In this document: in pieces, positions 16,764-26,727 of the stretch
Numbering within the stretch: position 1 is the stretch's first letter
Layout: each line of letters opens with the position of its first letter
The notes under the pieces: model-generated
Told to the model about the DNA's origin: nothing
The model's database searches: none
What the model saw: only the letters and a program-made list of their open reading frames with translations
Translations under genes and position numbers: made by a program
Source: an uncultured virus (IMG/VR IMGVR_UViG_3300025033_000013)
Taxonomy: Duplodnaviria; Heunggongvirae; Uroviricota; Caudoviricetes
Strand: one strand, 5' to 3'
Virus record (IMG/VR): IMGVR_UViG_3300025033_000013
Length of the DNA: 31,027 nt

Positions 16764-18181
16764 TATCCCACTTCTTTACCTAATCCTTTAGCCATTGCTT
16801 CAATCTCTTGACATGACTCTAATGAATCACAAGTATCTTTATCATCTCTCAATTCAACAACTGAAGGATGTAAAGTTGACCAATCACCATTAGAGTTTTG
16901 AGATAAACCACAACAACGTATTTCTACTATTGTCCCCATAAGTTCATCACCTCTTTCAGTAATATCTTTCATCATCTTCTCAGTCATACCAGAAGCATTG
17001 GTTCTTAATTTACCACATGATGATTCAAGGTTTATTGTTGAATAAACATTTTCATTTTTACTTCTTTTTTCACCATATTCAAACCCTATAACTCTAAGGT
17101 CAATATTCATTTCTAATTTCATTTTTATTTGGTGATTTTTCTTACCATCAAACCATCCAGCTGTTGGTGCTTTAAGGATGGTACCTTCTTCACCTCTATT
17201 TAAAATCTCTTGGAAGTGACTCATTGCTTCATCATAAGAATATACTTTCTTACGTTCAACTACTGATACTCTATCACATTCTAAAACTGGAGTCTTTTTA
17301 AATAAGAAATCCAATCTATGTCTATATTCAATATCAGATTTCTTATTAAAATAATCATCTAATGTAATTGAATCCCATACAGTATATCTGATTTTATCAA
17401 CAGCTTCTTTAAAACTACCATGCTTTTTCTCGAATGCCACTAATTTTTTAGCGGTTTCTTCATCACTTCTATCACCCATTTTACCACGACCCTCAATATC
17501 GACAATTGAAGCTATAATACCGTTACTTGTGTATCGGTCTAAATTCTCCATTGTAAGCTCACCATTTAATACACCATCAGGGAATTTTGATAATTCCTCA
17601 AATAATAATGAGTCACTTGGAATATGAGTTGTTTCACCTTGTCTAGACTCTAACTCAACTTCACCACCTTGAATGATTGCGTTAGCATACCTACCATCCA
17701 TTTTAACGTCACTATAAGCGTAACCATATTTCTTAAAAATATCTTTAGCTAATTTTTCATCATATGATTTAGCACCTTGATATGGCGTTTTCTCAATCAA
17801 ATCACCATAGACTTTATTAATGTAGGTTCTACCTAAACCATTCTTAGGGTCTTTATCAATAATTCTCTCAATGATATAAGCATCATCTGGTGATACACTT
17901 TCTAATATGAATTTTAAATGATTTATAGCCGCTTGTCCACTAATTTTTCTGTCAGAAATTTCATCAAGATTATTTAAACCCCACTCTAATGAAGCTGGGA
18001 TTGAACTATTTAATGAAATATATTCAGGTATTTGTTTAATAAAAAACTTCACTCTTTTAGATTTTATTCGATACAAAACTTCTTTAAGTAAGTCGTTGTC
18101 TTTATACTTGCGTAATACATCCATTTTGGCATTATCACCAGCTGTGTTACTTATTTCATCAAATATTGCTTTAATTGTCAT
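16763..18181 (-). CDS. ATP-dependent DNA ligase
   Basis: VKMDGRY, SRQG, LNGEL, VWD, EEGTILK, IKMK motifs and C-terminal OB fold. Confidence 0.92.
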   Translation of the reverse strand: MTIKAIFDEISNTAGDNAKMDVLRKYKDNDLLKEVLYRIKSKRVKFFIKQIPEYISLNSSIPASLEWGLNNLDEISDRKISGQAAINHLKFILESVSPDDAYIIERIIDKDPKNGLGRTYINKVYGDLIEKTPYQGAKSYDEKLAKDIFKKYGYAYSDVKMDGRYANAIIQGGEVELESRQGETTHIPSDSLLFEELSKFPDGVLNGELTMENLDRYTSNGIIASIVDIEGRGKMGDRSDEETAKKLVAFEKKHGSFKEAVDKIRYTVWDSITLDDYFNKKSDIEYRHRLDFLFKKTPVLECDRVSVVERKKVYSYDEAMSHFQEILNRGEEGTILKAPTAGWFDGKKNHQIKMKLEMNIDLRVIGFEYGEKRSKNENVYSTINLESSCGKLRTNASGMTEKMMKDITERGDELMGTIVEIRCCGLSQNSNGDWSTLHPSVVELRDDKDTCDSLESCQEIEAMAKGLGKEVG

Positions 18182-18182
18182 A

Positions 18183-18797
18183 TTATTCTTTTAAATTATT
18201 CATTAGTTTGTCAAAGATACGAAAATAATTTCTAGAATCAAAATTTTCTGGAAGTATTTTTTTAAAATCCGCATATAAATTATTGCATGCTTGAAAATCA
18301 ATAATCTTTTTATGCTCTTTTAATTGTAATCCAAATTGTAATATCCTCAAAGCATGGAACATACTCTTTATTGCATGTTCACCATCACCATTCTTTGATG
18401 CCATATTAGCATAGTGACGACTATCAGATGCCTTTCTGATAACTTGTTTAATCATTTCTTTGGTATTCCAATTGGTTACCTTAAAGGGCCATTTCTTGAA
18501 TACCACTTGAGAATCATCCAATGATAAACACTCCAATGCGATTATATCATACCTATTAATAGCGTCTAAGAATCCACCTCTTGAGTATACTGTACCTTGA
18601 ATTGAATAATCTTCATTAGAAATTGCATTATTCTTAAATGCACCATTATCTAACATAGCACCTTTCATGACTATAATAAAATCATGGTCAGAAGTTTCAG
18701 TCGCTGTACCATATATTTGAGAGCCGTACCCAAAAACCGCTAGAACTTCTCCAGTTATCTTCAATTCACTTAAAATTGTATCTAATGTTAATTTCAT
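18183..18797 (-). CDS. Pol-beta-superfamily nucleotidyltransferase (RlaP-like)
   Basis: YGSQIYGTATETSDHDF; C-terminal KSMFHALRIL. Confidence 0.8.
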   Translation of the reverse strand: MKLTLDTILSELKITGEVLAVFGYGSQIYGTATETSDHDFIIVMKGAMLDNGAFKNNAISNEDYSIQGTVYSRGGFLDAINRYDIIALECLSLDDSQVVFKKWPFKVTNWNTKEMIKQVIRKASDSRHYANMASKNGDGEHAIKSMFHALRILQFGLQLKEHKKIIDFQACNNLYADFKKILPENFDSRNYFRIFDKLMNNLKE

Positions 18798-18900
18798 AAT
18801 GCAAATATACGTAATTTATTTTAAATAAACAAACTTTATTTACCCTTTTGGTTTTTACCGACACCATTCTCGCTTCTCTATAATCTTTTTCCTATGTAAG

Positions 18901-19203
18901 TTATATTAATTCTCCTTTTTTGATTTCTTCTTGTCTTTCTAACAACTTTACTTGTTCGTAAATTTTATCTCTAACCTCTTTCTTTGAGAAGTGTTTGCTT
19001 TCGATATTAAAACCTAGAGTAAAAACTTCTTCATAAATTTCATAATCATATTCAGACCCAAATAGCCAAAATTTCTTTCTTTTTTCAATACCCTTGTATA
19101 CATAAAAAATTGTTTCATAATTTGTAAACATGTCATATTCACCACCTTGATAACTCCTTACTTTATAAAATAACACCCTTCTATATATCTCTAGTTTTTT
19201 CAT
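18901..19203 (-). CDS. Hypothetical protein
   Basis: ATG at 19203 downstream of TATATTTG. Confidence 0.65.
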   Translation of the reverse strand: MKKLEIYRRVLFYKVRSYQGGEYDMFTNYETIFYVYKGIEKRKKFWLFGSEYDYEIYEEVFTLGFNIESKHFSKKEVRDKIYEQVKLLERQEEIKKGELI

Positions 19204-19341
19204 AATACTGTGTTTAATACGCAAATATACGAATAATATTTAAGATAAACAAATAAACTGACATTTTTTCAGGTTTTTTCTAATGGTATATAATTTGTCT
19301 ACATACAAACAAATAATAACAAATAAAAATTTTTAGAACTT

Positions 19342-19776
19342 ATGAAAACTTTAGTACCAATTAAAAAAAACGGTCAGTTATCACCAAGCTTATTTGAATT
19401 TCCAAAATTAGACCCTTGGTTTGATAATCTTTTTGACAGTAGATTAATAACAACCCCTTCGGTTAATGTTATTGAAAATGAGGGAGCTTATCTTATTGAT
19501 GTGGCAACCCCAGGTTTTAACAAATCCAATTTTAATATTGAGATTAATGGTGATAAATTAGAAGTGTCAGCTGAATCATCAATGGAAAATAATCAAGATG
19601 ATTTAAATTATAAGAAAAGAGAATTTTCTTATTCATCGTTTAAAAGAAGCTTTTCTTTACCAAAAAACGTTGAGCATGATAAAATCTCAGCTGATTATGT
19701 TGATGGAATCCTTAAAATATCCATTCCTAAAAGCAATAATAAAGATTCACCCAATAGAAGAATAGAAATTGGATAA
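19342..19776 (+). CDS. Small heat-shock protein (Hsp20/alpha-crystallin)
   Basis: PSVNVIE..PGFNK..REFSYSSFKRSFSLP..ADYVDGILKISIPK. Confidence 0.95.
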   Translation: MKTLVPIKKNGQLSPSLFEFPKLDPWFDNLFDSRLITTPSVNVIENEGAYLIDVATPGFNKSNFNIEINGDKLEVSAESSMENNQDDLNYKKREFSYSSFKRSFSLPKNVEHDKISADYVDGILKISIPKSNNKDSPNRRIEIG

Positions 19777-19800
19777 AAAAGGCCCCATGAGGGCCTTTTA
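19775..19800. terminator. Bidirectional terminator
   Basis: AAAAAGGCCC-CATGA-GGGCCTTTT. Confidence 0.75.
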
Positions 19801-20760
19801 TTTTGTTAATATTTCATATAAATCTTTATTATTCATATTGATTATATATTCTCTAATCGTGTTAATTTTACCATCTTTTAACCCAAAAAACAATCCAGTG
19901 TGACGAGTATTTTTGAAGTGTTTATTAGATACTTCAAATACTTTCATCGCAAACCTCTTTTGTTCTTGTTTAGTTATGTTTTTAGGTTTATATGGTATTA
20001 ATTCTACCCAAGCATTTTCCAAATCATCAGTCAATTTTACTAACCCTTCTTTAAGTTGAATTATTTCTTCAGACCTTTCTGGGAACGTTGCAATCCATTC
20101 ATCAACTTCATTAGTTTTTAACACCTCTAATATATGGTGATTACCTAATTTACTTTTAGTATAATGCATTGCAACATAAGCTGGGTTTTTTAACTTGATT
20201 CTATTGAAATTAGCATCAACTACAACATAACCTTCTTCAGAGAATGACATACCTTCAAATGTCGCCATTAAATGACCAGCATTTGATGCATTAATGTTAA
20301 AAGATTTAACTAATGGTAACCCAATATCAGTAGATATTGTATATAAATCATTAAAACCATACTCATTTAACGTATCTAAATCTCTAACACCTAATAATGA
20401 TACTTTTGATTCTCCATGTGGGCAAACAACAATATTATACGGTGTCATTAATTCAAACATATATGTTCTACCTCTAACCATTCTATCCCAATTAAAACCA
20501 TATTTTGGTGATGTAATTGTATCCCAAAATAATTCAGAAAACTTAGTATTTGGTTTATCATTTACTTCACCTTCACCTTCGGCCATACCAGATGTGCCAG
20601 CACACCATTTTTCAGCTACCCAATCCCAATATACTTGAATCAATGAGTTATGTACCAATATCCCATTAGCAAAGAAATTATTGGTTTCTTTGGTTTGAAT
20701 ATCATACCTCTTAGAGTCACATTCTATCTCTTTAATATGTTTTACCTTAACTATTTTCAT
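19798..20760 (-). CDS. Split-intein C-part (38 aa) + C-extein of T4 Rnl1-like RNA ligase
   Basis: YDIQTKETNNFFANGILVHN|SLI; TYMFELMTPYNIVV, EEGYVV, RIKLKNPAY. Confidence 0.9.
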   Translation of the reverse strand: MKIVKVKHIKEIECDSKRYDIQTKETNNFFANGILVHNSLIQVYWDWVAEKWCAGTSGMAEGEGEVNDKPNTKFSELFWDTITSPKYGFNWDRMVRGRTYMFELMTPYNIVVCPHGESKVSLLGVRDLDTLNEYGFNDLYTISTDIGLPLVKSFNINASNAGHLMATFEGMSFSEEGYVVVDANFNRIKLKNPAYVAMHYTKSKLGNHHILEVLKTNEVDEWIATFPERSEEIIQLKEGLVKLTDDLENAWVELIPYKPKNITKQEQKRFAMKVFEVSNKHFKNTRHTGLFFGLKDGKINTIREYIINMNNKDLYEILTK

Positions 20761-20820
20761 ATTCTATTATTTATTATACTTGTTAGACTCCCCACTAACT
20801 CACAGCGGTCCTACAAATAA

Positions 20821-20883
20821 CGATGAATGGGTTTTACGCCCCCTACTGTGAACTACCCACCCACGCCAAAGGCGATGGGTTGG
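20821..20883 (-). mobile_element. Abutted right-end/left-end junction of the TnpB IS
   Basis: CCAACCCATCGCCTTTGGCGTGGGTGGGTAGTTCAC|AGTAGGGGGCGTAAAACCCATTCATCG. Confidence 0.8.
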
Positions 20884-21150
20884 CATGCCAAAAATCACCA
20901 TTAACTTCAATCAATATATTAGTATTATCAATTTTAATATCATATGTTCGATTATTTAATGGAAATTGTGGCGTGAATGATATGTTCAAATTAGTTAATA
21001 TATTCCTAACTCTAACCTCTAATTTCGATACAAAATTTTTATGTAATCTAATCATTCTTTTATTAAATTCATCATCAGATAAATTAGACCAAACCTCTTT
21101 TAATCCATTACTAATATTTATACTATTAGAAAAGTTTGATAGGTGTCAAG
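20843..21150 (-). pseudogene. Disrupted Vsr-like homing endonuclease between the Rnl1 intein halves
   Basis: SKLE..YDI..LIEVNGDFWHANP, then runs into the IS right end; N-terminus eroded. Confidence 0.75.
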
Positions 21151-21154
21151 TTTT

Positions 21155-21745
21155 TTAAGTAATTAGTAAGAATTCATCATCTTCGGTTAATTCATCAACC
21201 CTACGATAGCACTCTAAATTAGGTAACCATACTTTATGATTACCAGTTAACTTAATAATAGTACCATTTTCTAATTCAATCTCAAACCAATTATTAATAT
21301 TCTTTTTAATTGAATAATCCACTATTTCATCATATATTGGCTCATTAGTTTCTAAATCAAATGATAAAACTTTACCAGAATATTCCGTTTCACATATATC
21401 ACGAATTGTCATTTCACCACCCTCAGTTATCAATATGGTATCCCCGTGACAACACCCATCACATTTTTCTAAAATAAGTGCTGTGTTCCAATCTATTTTA
21501 GCCGCATGTGTTTCAGCTGAATTAAAGAATTTTCTGAATGCCAAAGACATAACCTTCCAAGTATCTTTCTCAAGTATAAGACCTCTACAATCTTGTACTT
21601 CAGGTATAGACATATCAGATTCTATTTGATTGTATTTGAGTAAAATCTTGTATCCATAATCCTTACAAGTTAATTTAAATGTATTAACTGCATTATCCAA
21701 GCCATACTCTTTAATGTACTTAACTATACTTAATTCATTTCCCAT
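21155..21745 (-). CDS. N-extein of Rnl1-like RNA ligase (97 aa) + split-intein N-part (99 aa)
   Basis: CRGLIL..FRKFFN..EKCDG|CCHGDT..LTGNHKV. Confidence 0.9.
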   Translation of the reverse strand: MGNELSIVKYIKEYGLDNAVNTFKLTCKDYGYKILLKYNQIESDMSIPEVQDCRGLILEKDTWKVMSLAFRKFFNSAETHAAKIDWNTALILEKCDGCCHGDTILITEGGEMTIRDICETEYSGKVLSFDLETNEPIYDEIVDYSIKKNINNWFEIELENGTIIKLTGNHKVWLPNLECYRRVDELTEDDEFLLIT

Positions 21746-22257
21746 TTTTTCTTTTTTTCATTGATTCAGAAATCTTCTTTTTAGTTTCCTCACTAACAAC
21801 TCTATTCTTTCTTTTCTTACTCTGCTTTAATTTCATTTCTCGTGCTTTCTCCACACCATAAATTTCTTCGTAAGATTTACCTTTTAATTGTGAATGTTTC
21901 CCTTTATTTGCTTTACCAATATTTTTTTTATGTTCTTCGGTAAAAACTTTTTTCTGTCCTTTATTACCTTCACTAATTTTCTGTTTATGCTCTTCAGTTA
22001 AAGTAGTGCCCTTTAATGGAGATTCTTTACCTATATTACCTTCAGCCATCATCTTAGCTGTTTTTTTAGTCCAAGGTTTTTTCATTCCTTTATGAGCATC
22101 ACTAATTTTCTGTTTATGTTCATCAGATAAAACTTTACCTGAATGAAATTTAGAAACGTTCTCTTTAATAAGTTCAATATCTGGATGATTAGATATTGTA
22201 TCACCACCATCCCCACCTTTTGCTACATTATAACCATTAGAGTTTTTAGAAATTCAT
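21735..22257 (-). pseudogene. GIY-YIG/NUMOD3 homing endonuclease lacking its catalytic N-terminus
   Basis: Frame extends upstream as NGYNVAKGGDGGDT; repeated L(S/T)EEHKQKIS; the promoter-proximal ATG (22257) is out of frame. Confidence 0.7.
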
Positions 22258-22331
22258 AATGCAAATGTACAAAAAAAAAAGTGATAACCAAATTATTATC
22301 ACTTTTTATTTATAAAACTATAGTTTTTTAG

Positions 22332-22841
22332 TTATAATTCATTTTTATTTTCGATTAAATCTACCAAAAAGTTAACCCCAAAAATAACCATAGCTATTGA
22401 TTCTGCCGCAAATAAGGAAATTATATTAATTAAATAATGTAAAACAAATCCTAATACCATTGCGCCAACTAAAAACCACCTAAAACTCTTAAATTCATCA
22501 CTATATCTAATAATATGATATGACATACCACCAAAAAATATAACAGAAGTTATCGTATGTAAGGTTGGGTAGGTTAAATGTGGTGTTAATGGAATTAACA
22601 TTAAATTCAACCCTAATATCCAAGTGAACGTTTGGTCCTTTCTAACTCCAATTGTTGTTATAAGTGTTGCAGCTACTGTTAATAAAAAAACATATATGAA
22701 GCTAATGTCACCATATGCGTAATCACTAATACTACTTCTAGGGCCATCACCTATCCATAATACAAAAGGTAATAAAATACAAGCTAACGCTGCGGATAAA
22801 TCGTATTTAAATAATCTGTTTAATAATCTTTCTAAATTCAT
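22332..22841 (-). CDS. Multi-pass membrane protein
   Basis: About 6 hydrophobic segments; SISDY, H and E motifs. Confidence 0.8.
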   Translation of the reverse strand: MNLERLLNRLFKYDLSAALACILLPFVLWIGDGPRSSISDYAYGDISFIYVFLLTVAATLITTIGVRKDQTFTWILGLNLMLIPLTPHLTYPTLHTITSVIFFGGMSYHIIRYSDEFKSFRWFLVGAMVLGFVLHYLINIISLFAAESIAMVIFGVNFLVDLIENKNEL

Positions 22842-22919
22842 ATTTTTATAATTTATTTATAAATATTTTGAATTTCTTGAATAAATCCAATTACTTTATT
22901 TTTTTTCAAATAACTTTAT

Positions 22920-24279
22920 AAAAAGGAGCGTAAAACCCATTCATCGCAAAGCGTGGATGGGATGTAAGCGACAAAGGTATGATTAACCTTGGCTTAAAAT
23001 ATATTGAACGGCTAAGTATGACAAATTTACATAAAACTATATTTTGGCATAAATTTTGATGTATAATAGGTATGAAAATGATTAATAAGACATATAAGTT
23101 TCGTCTTTTTCCAACAAATGAGCAAGAAGTGCTATTAAATCAACACTTTGGTCACTCTCGTTGGGTGTATAACCATTTTCTAAATGAACGCAAAGAACAA
23201 TACCAAGCGGATAAAAAGTCTGACAATTATTACAAACAAGCTGCCACTTTGACAAAACTTAAAAAAGAAGAAAAGACTATGTGGTTGAAAGAAGTTAATA
23301 GTCAAACTTTACAATTCGCTCTACGCTCTTTAGATACAGCTTTTTTAAACTTTTTTAGAGGTAATGCACAATTCCCAAAGTTTAAATCTCGTAAACATAA
23401 AAATACTTTTACCATACCTCAATTTGGTAGTATAGAAGGAGATAAAATTAATATACCAAAATTTAAAGAAGGTATTAAAGTTAAACTTCACAGAGAAGTC
23501 AAAGGTAAGATTGGTAAAATGATAATTACCAAAACACCAACAGGTAAATATTATGTTTCAATATTTACAGAACAACAGAATAAAGAATTACCTAAAACAA
23601 ATAAACAAGTTGGAATAGATTTAGGTTTAAAGGATTTTGTAATTACTTCTGATAATGCTAAATTCAAAAATAATAGATATACAAAAAAATATGCAAAACA
23701 ATTAAAAAAAGCACAACAACATCTTTCTCGTAAACAAAAAGGTAGTAATGGGTTTGAAAAACAAAAACTCAAAGTTGCTAAAATTCACGAGAAAATTGCA
23801 AGTTGTAGATTAGACACTTTACATAAGGTTTCACATAAACTGGTTAATCAATATGATTTAATATCAGTTGAGGACTTAAATGTAAAAGGTATGATTAAAA
23901 ACCACAAATTATCAAAACATATTGCCGATGCAAGTTGGGGTAATTTTGTTACATTACTTCAATATAAGTGTGATTGGTATGGAAAAGAACTTGTAAAAGT
24001 TAATCGTTTCTATCCTAGCTCGAAGACTTGTGGAGACTGTGGTTGGATAAATCAAAATTTAAAACTTTCTGATAGAGAATGGACTTGTAACTCGTGCGGT
24101 GTAATACACGACAGAGATGTAAATGCAAGTAGAAATATTCTCAAAGAAGGTTTAAAAATAATATCGGGTGGGATGCTCGATAACACTGATGGAGACTCAA
24201 ATAAGACTTCTATAAAGAAGCACAAGTCTGTGAAATCAGAAGCCCAACCCATCGCCTCTGGCGTGGGTGGGTAGTTCAC
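22920..24279 (+). mobile_element. IS200/IS605-family TnpB-only element
   Basis: Subterminal hairpins at both ends; begins after TTTAT and ends GTAGTTCAC; no tnpA. Confidence 0.88.
23072..24274 (+). CDS. tnpB: RNA-guided endonuclease TnpB
   Basis: HTH N-terminus, GIDLG, VEDL, SSKTC..CG..WTC..CG zinc finger, DRDVNA; RuvC D-E-D intact. Confidence 0.95.
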   Translation: MKMINKTYKFRLFPTNEQEVLLNQHFGHSRWVYNHFLNERKEQYQADKKSDNYYKQAATLTKLKKEEKTMWLKEVNSQTLQFALRSLDTAFLNFFRGNAQFPKFKSRKHKNTFTIPQFGSIEGDKINIPKFKEGIKVKLHREVKGKIGKMIITKTPTGKYYVSIFTEQQNKELPKTNKQVGIDLGLKDFVITSDNAKFKNNRYTKKYAKQLKKAQQHLSRKQKGSNGFEKQKLKVAKIHEKIASCRLDTLHKVSHKLVNQYDLISVEDLNVKGMIKNHKLSKHIADASWGNFVTLLQYKCDWYGKELVKVNRFYPSSKTCGDCGWINQNLKLSDREWTCNSCGVIHDRDVNASRNILKEGLKIISGGMLDNTDGDSNKTSIKKHKSVKSEAQPIASGVGG

Positions 24280-24324
24280 TAAATGTTAGTTACAAATATA
24301 CTAAATAAATTACAAATAAACAAG

Positions 24325-24987
24325 TTATGACTTTAATTCTTCAACTACCCCACTTAAATGAATTGGACTATCAAGAGTTTTCCAATCAGTTATCTTATTT
24401 GAAAGAAACGGTTTACCACCTTCCGCAACATTTACCGCTACTGTTATGTGTGGTATGTCATTGGTTGATGGATAGCCAATAACCTTAACAGCCATAGCTA
24501 AATTACTATAACCAACTTCAGTTGCTTTTAAATAAACCGTTCTACCAACTTCATTTTTATCATCCAATCCTTTACCAAAAACTATTGTCATATGATGCGC
24601 AAAAGCTTTCCACCCTTCTGGGATTTCTAAAGAATTTAATAATTTATTTTTAGATTCATTATCTAAAACTACTGCCGCATATAAAATCTTTTCAGGTTTA
24701 TTGTTTTTTAAACCGCCTTCTGATTGTAATATCTTATCTACAGTTAATAGGCCAACACCTTTATGTGATGCCATCATTCTTTGAATTGTTTTCAATGGTA
24801 CGTTATGTGTATTTCTTTTAGCCAAATCTTCAGCAGAAACTCCACCATCACCAACATCAATAATTTTTATATTATTCTCATCAAAACCTAATTTTAATGC
24901 AGCTTCTACGTATTTTTTAGGCTCAGAAGCTTTGATATTTGTATTATCTTCATTAATCATATCATCGTATATTTTTCTCAGTTTCAT
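24325..24987 (-). CDS. Kinase C-half + 2H cyclic phosphodiesterase
   Basis: DNTN..RNTHNVP kinase lid followed by HHMTI and PHITV. Confidence 0.8.
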   Translation of the reverse strand: MKLRKIYDDMINEDNTNIKASEPKKYVEAALKLGFDENNIKIIDVGDGGVSAEDLAKRNTHNVPLKTIQRMMASHKGVGLLTVDKILQSEGGLKNNKPEKILYAAVVLDNESKNKLLNSLEIPEGWKAFAHHMTIVFGKGLDDKNEVGRTVYLKATEVGYSNLAMAVKVIGYPSTNDIPHITVAVNVAEGGKPFLSNKITDWKTLDSPIHLSGVVEELKS

Positions 24988-25109
24988 AAAATATAAATAT
25001 ATTTATATTATCCTTTATTTTTATTAATTTAATACAAAAATACTGAATTTATACCTAATAAACAAATTAATTATTGACTTTATTAACCATTTTACTTATA
25101 TTTACCAAT

Positions 25110-25244
25110 ATGAAACATGAGAAAACTAAAATATCGGTAGCTTTAGATAAAAACCTTCTTAATAAATTAGATGAAGGTAATTACAATAAATCTAAATTAA
25201 TTGATTCACTACTTACCGAACACTTCAAAAATAAATCTAAATAA
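25110..25244 (+). CDS. Small ribbon-helix-helix-like protein (44 aa)
   Basis: KTKISVALDKNLLNKL..NKSKLIDSLL, read manually. Confidence 0.65.
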   Translation: MKHEKTKISVALDKNLLNKLDEGNYNKSKLIDSLLTEHFKNKSK

Positions 25245-25308
25245 AATTCGTATTTAGGCGACTTTTACTTTATTTCTAGATATTTATTAATATAAACAAA
25301 TAAGTATT

Positions 25309-25470
25309 ATGGGAAGAAAAGCATATAAAGAAGAAAACAAGAAAGGTAAGTTATCCATTACCATATCATCAGACAACTACCAACAATTAGTTGATGACGG
25401 AATCAATAAGTCTAAATTAATCAATTGGTTATTAGACCAACATTTTAATACCATTAATCATGGAAACTAA
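25309..25470 (+). CDS. Small ribbon-helix-helix-like protein (53 aa)
   Basis: KLSITISSDNYQQL..NKSKLINWLL; paralogous to the preceding ORF. Confidence 0.65.
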   Translation: MGRKAYKEENKKGKLSITISSDNYQQLVDDGINKSKLINWLLDQHFNTINHGN

Positions 25471-26161
25471 GATTTGTAGTAAATGTGGTGTCTATAAACC
25501 TGTAAAAGAATTTAGTAAATGTTCTAGAATTAAAAGTGGTTTAAAATCACAATGTAAGGGGTGTATATCTATTGCTGGTAAAAAATATAGGGCTAATCCT
25601 GAAGTTAAAAAAGTTAATAAAATTAGGGTTCAGAATTGGGTTAAAGAAAATAAGGAAAAGCGCACCACTTATATTTCTAATTATTATGAAGATAATAAAG
25701 AAGAACGTTTAAAATATTCCAAGAAGTTTTATAAAGATAATCGTGAAAAGTATAAAAAGATGCGTAAAAAGTATTATTATAAAAATAAAGATACTATTTA
25801 TGAACAAATTAAATATAAGAGAAAGACTGACATCATTTATAAATTAAAACACACTGTAGGTGGTATAATTAGACAATCGATTAAAAGGGGTGGTTATGAT
25901 AAAAAATCTAGGAGTCATGAAATATTGGGGTGTACTTATAAAGAATTTAAAAAACATATCGAATCTCAATGGGAACCGTGGATGAATTGGGATAATCATG
26001 GTTTATATAATTATCAATATAATTTTGGTTGGGATTTAGACCATATCATACCACTTGCCTCAGCAACATGTAAAGAAGATATAATTAAATTAAATCATTA
26101 TACAAATTTTCAACCATTGTGTAGTTATGTTAATAGAAACGAAAAAAGGGCTAATTATTAG
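25460..26161 (+). CDS. HNH homing endonuclease
   Basis: CSKC..CKGC N-terminus; WDLDHIIPL..LNHYTNFQPL..N. Confidence 0.85.
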   Translation: METKICSKCGVYKPVKEFSKCSRIKSGLKSQCKGCISIAGKKYRANPEVKKVNKIRVQNWVKENKEKRTTYISNYYEDNKEERLKYSKKFYKDNREKYKKMRKKYYYKNKDTIYEQIKYKRKTDIIYKLKHTVGGIIRQSIKRGGYDKKSRSHEILGCTYKEFKKHIESQWEPWMNWDNHGLYNYQYNFGWDLDHIIPLASATCKEDIIKLNHYTNFQPLCSYVNRNEKRANY

Positions 26162-26719
26162 CCCTTTTCTTTTGTTTATTTAAATAGTTTTCAACAACCC
26201 TAGATACAGTTATCTCACCTACTGAATTATAAGTTTGTATCATTTTTTGAATTGTTTTTAACGGTACGTTATGTGAATTACGTTCTGCCAATACTTCGGC
26301 AGTTTGGCCACCCAAACCTACATCTACAATTTTAATATTGTTTTCATCAAAACCTAATTCAAGAGCTTCAATAATATAATTTTCAACTTCCCTTAATCTT
26401 AGATTAGTGTTGTCGATAACTGGTGTAATACCAGATTCCATAGATTTTTTAGCATTTAAGAAATTCTTATTATGCATCCTACCATGTTCAGACCAATCAC
26501 CTGAATCTACCATTTTTTTAAAGTAACCATTATAGTCACCAGTTGCGTCAATTAAATCATCTGTTGAATGAACAACACCTTCACCAACCAATGTTTTTGC
26601 TTTCGTTGATTTACCAGAACCTGTCACGGTACCCCTCTCATGATAATCAATACCTGAGAGGGGCGAGAAATTTTTACACCTAAACAATTATACCCTTTTA
26701 GACTTTCTAAAAGTTTCAT
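26151..26719 (-). pseudogene. P-loop polynucleotide kinase (AAA_33-like) with a 5-nt frame break in Walker A
   Basis: MKLLESLKGYNCLGVKISRPSQVLIIMRGVP* then GSGKSTKAK..STDD..DNTN..RNSHNVP in another frame. Confidence 0.7.
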
Positions 26720-26727
26720 TTTTATTT

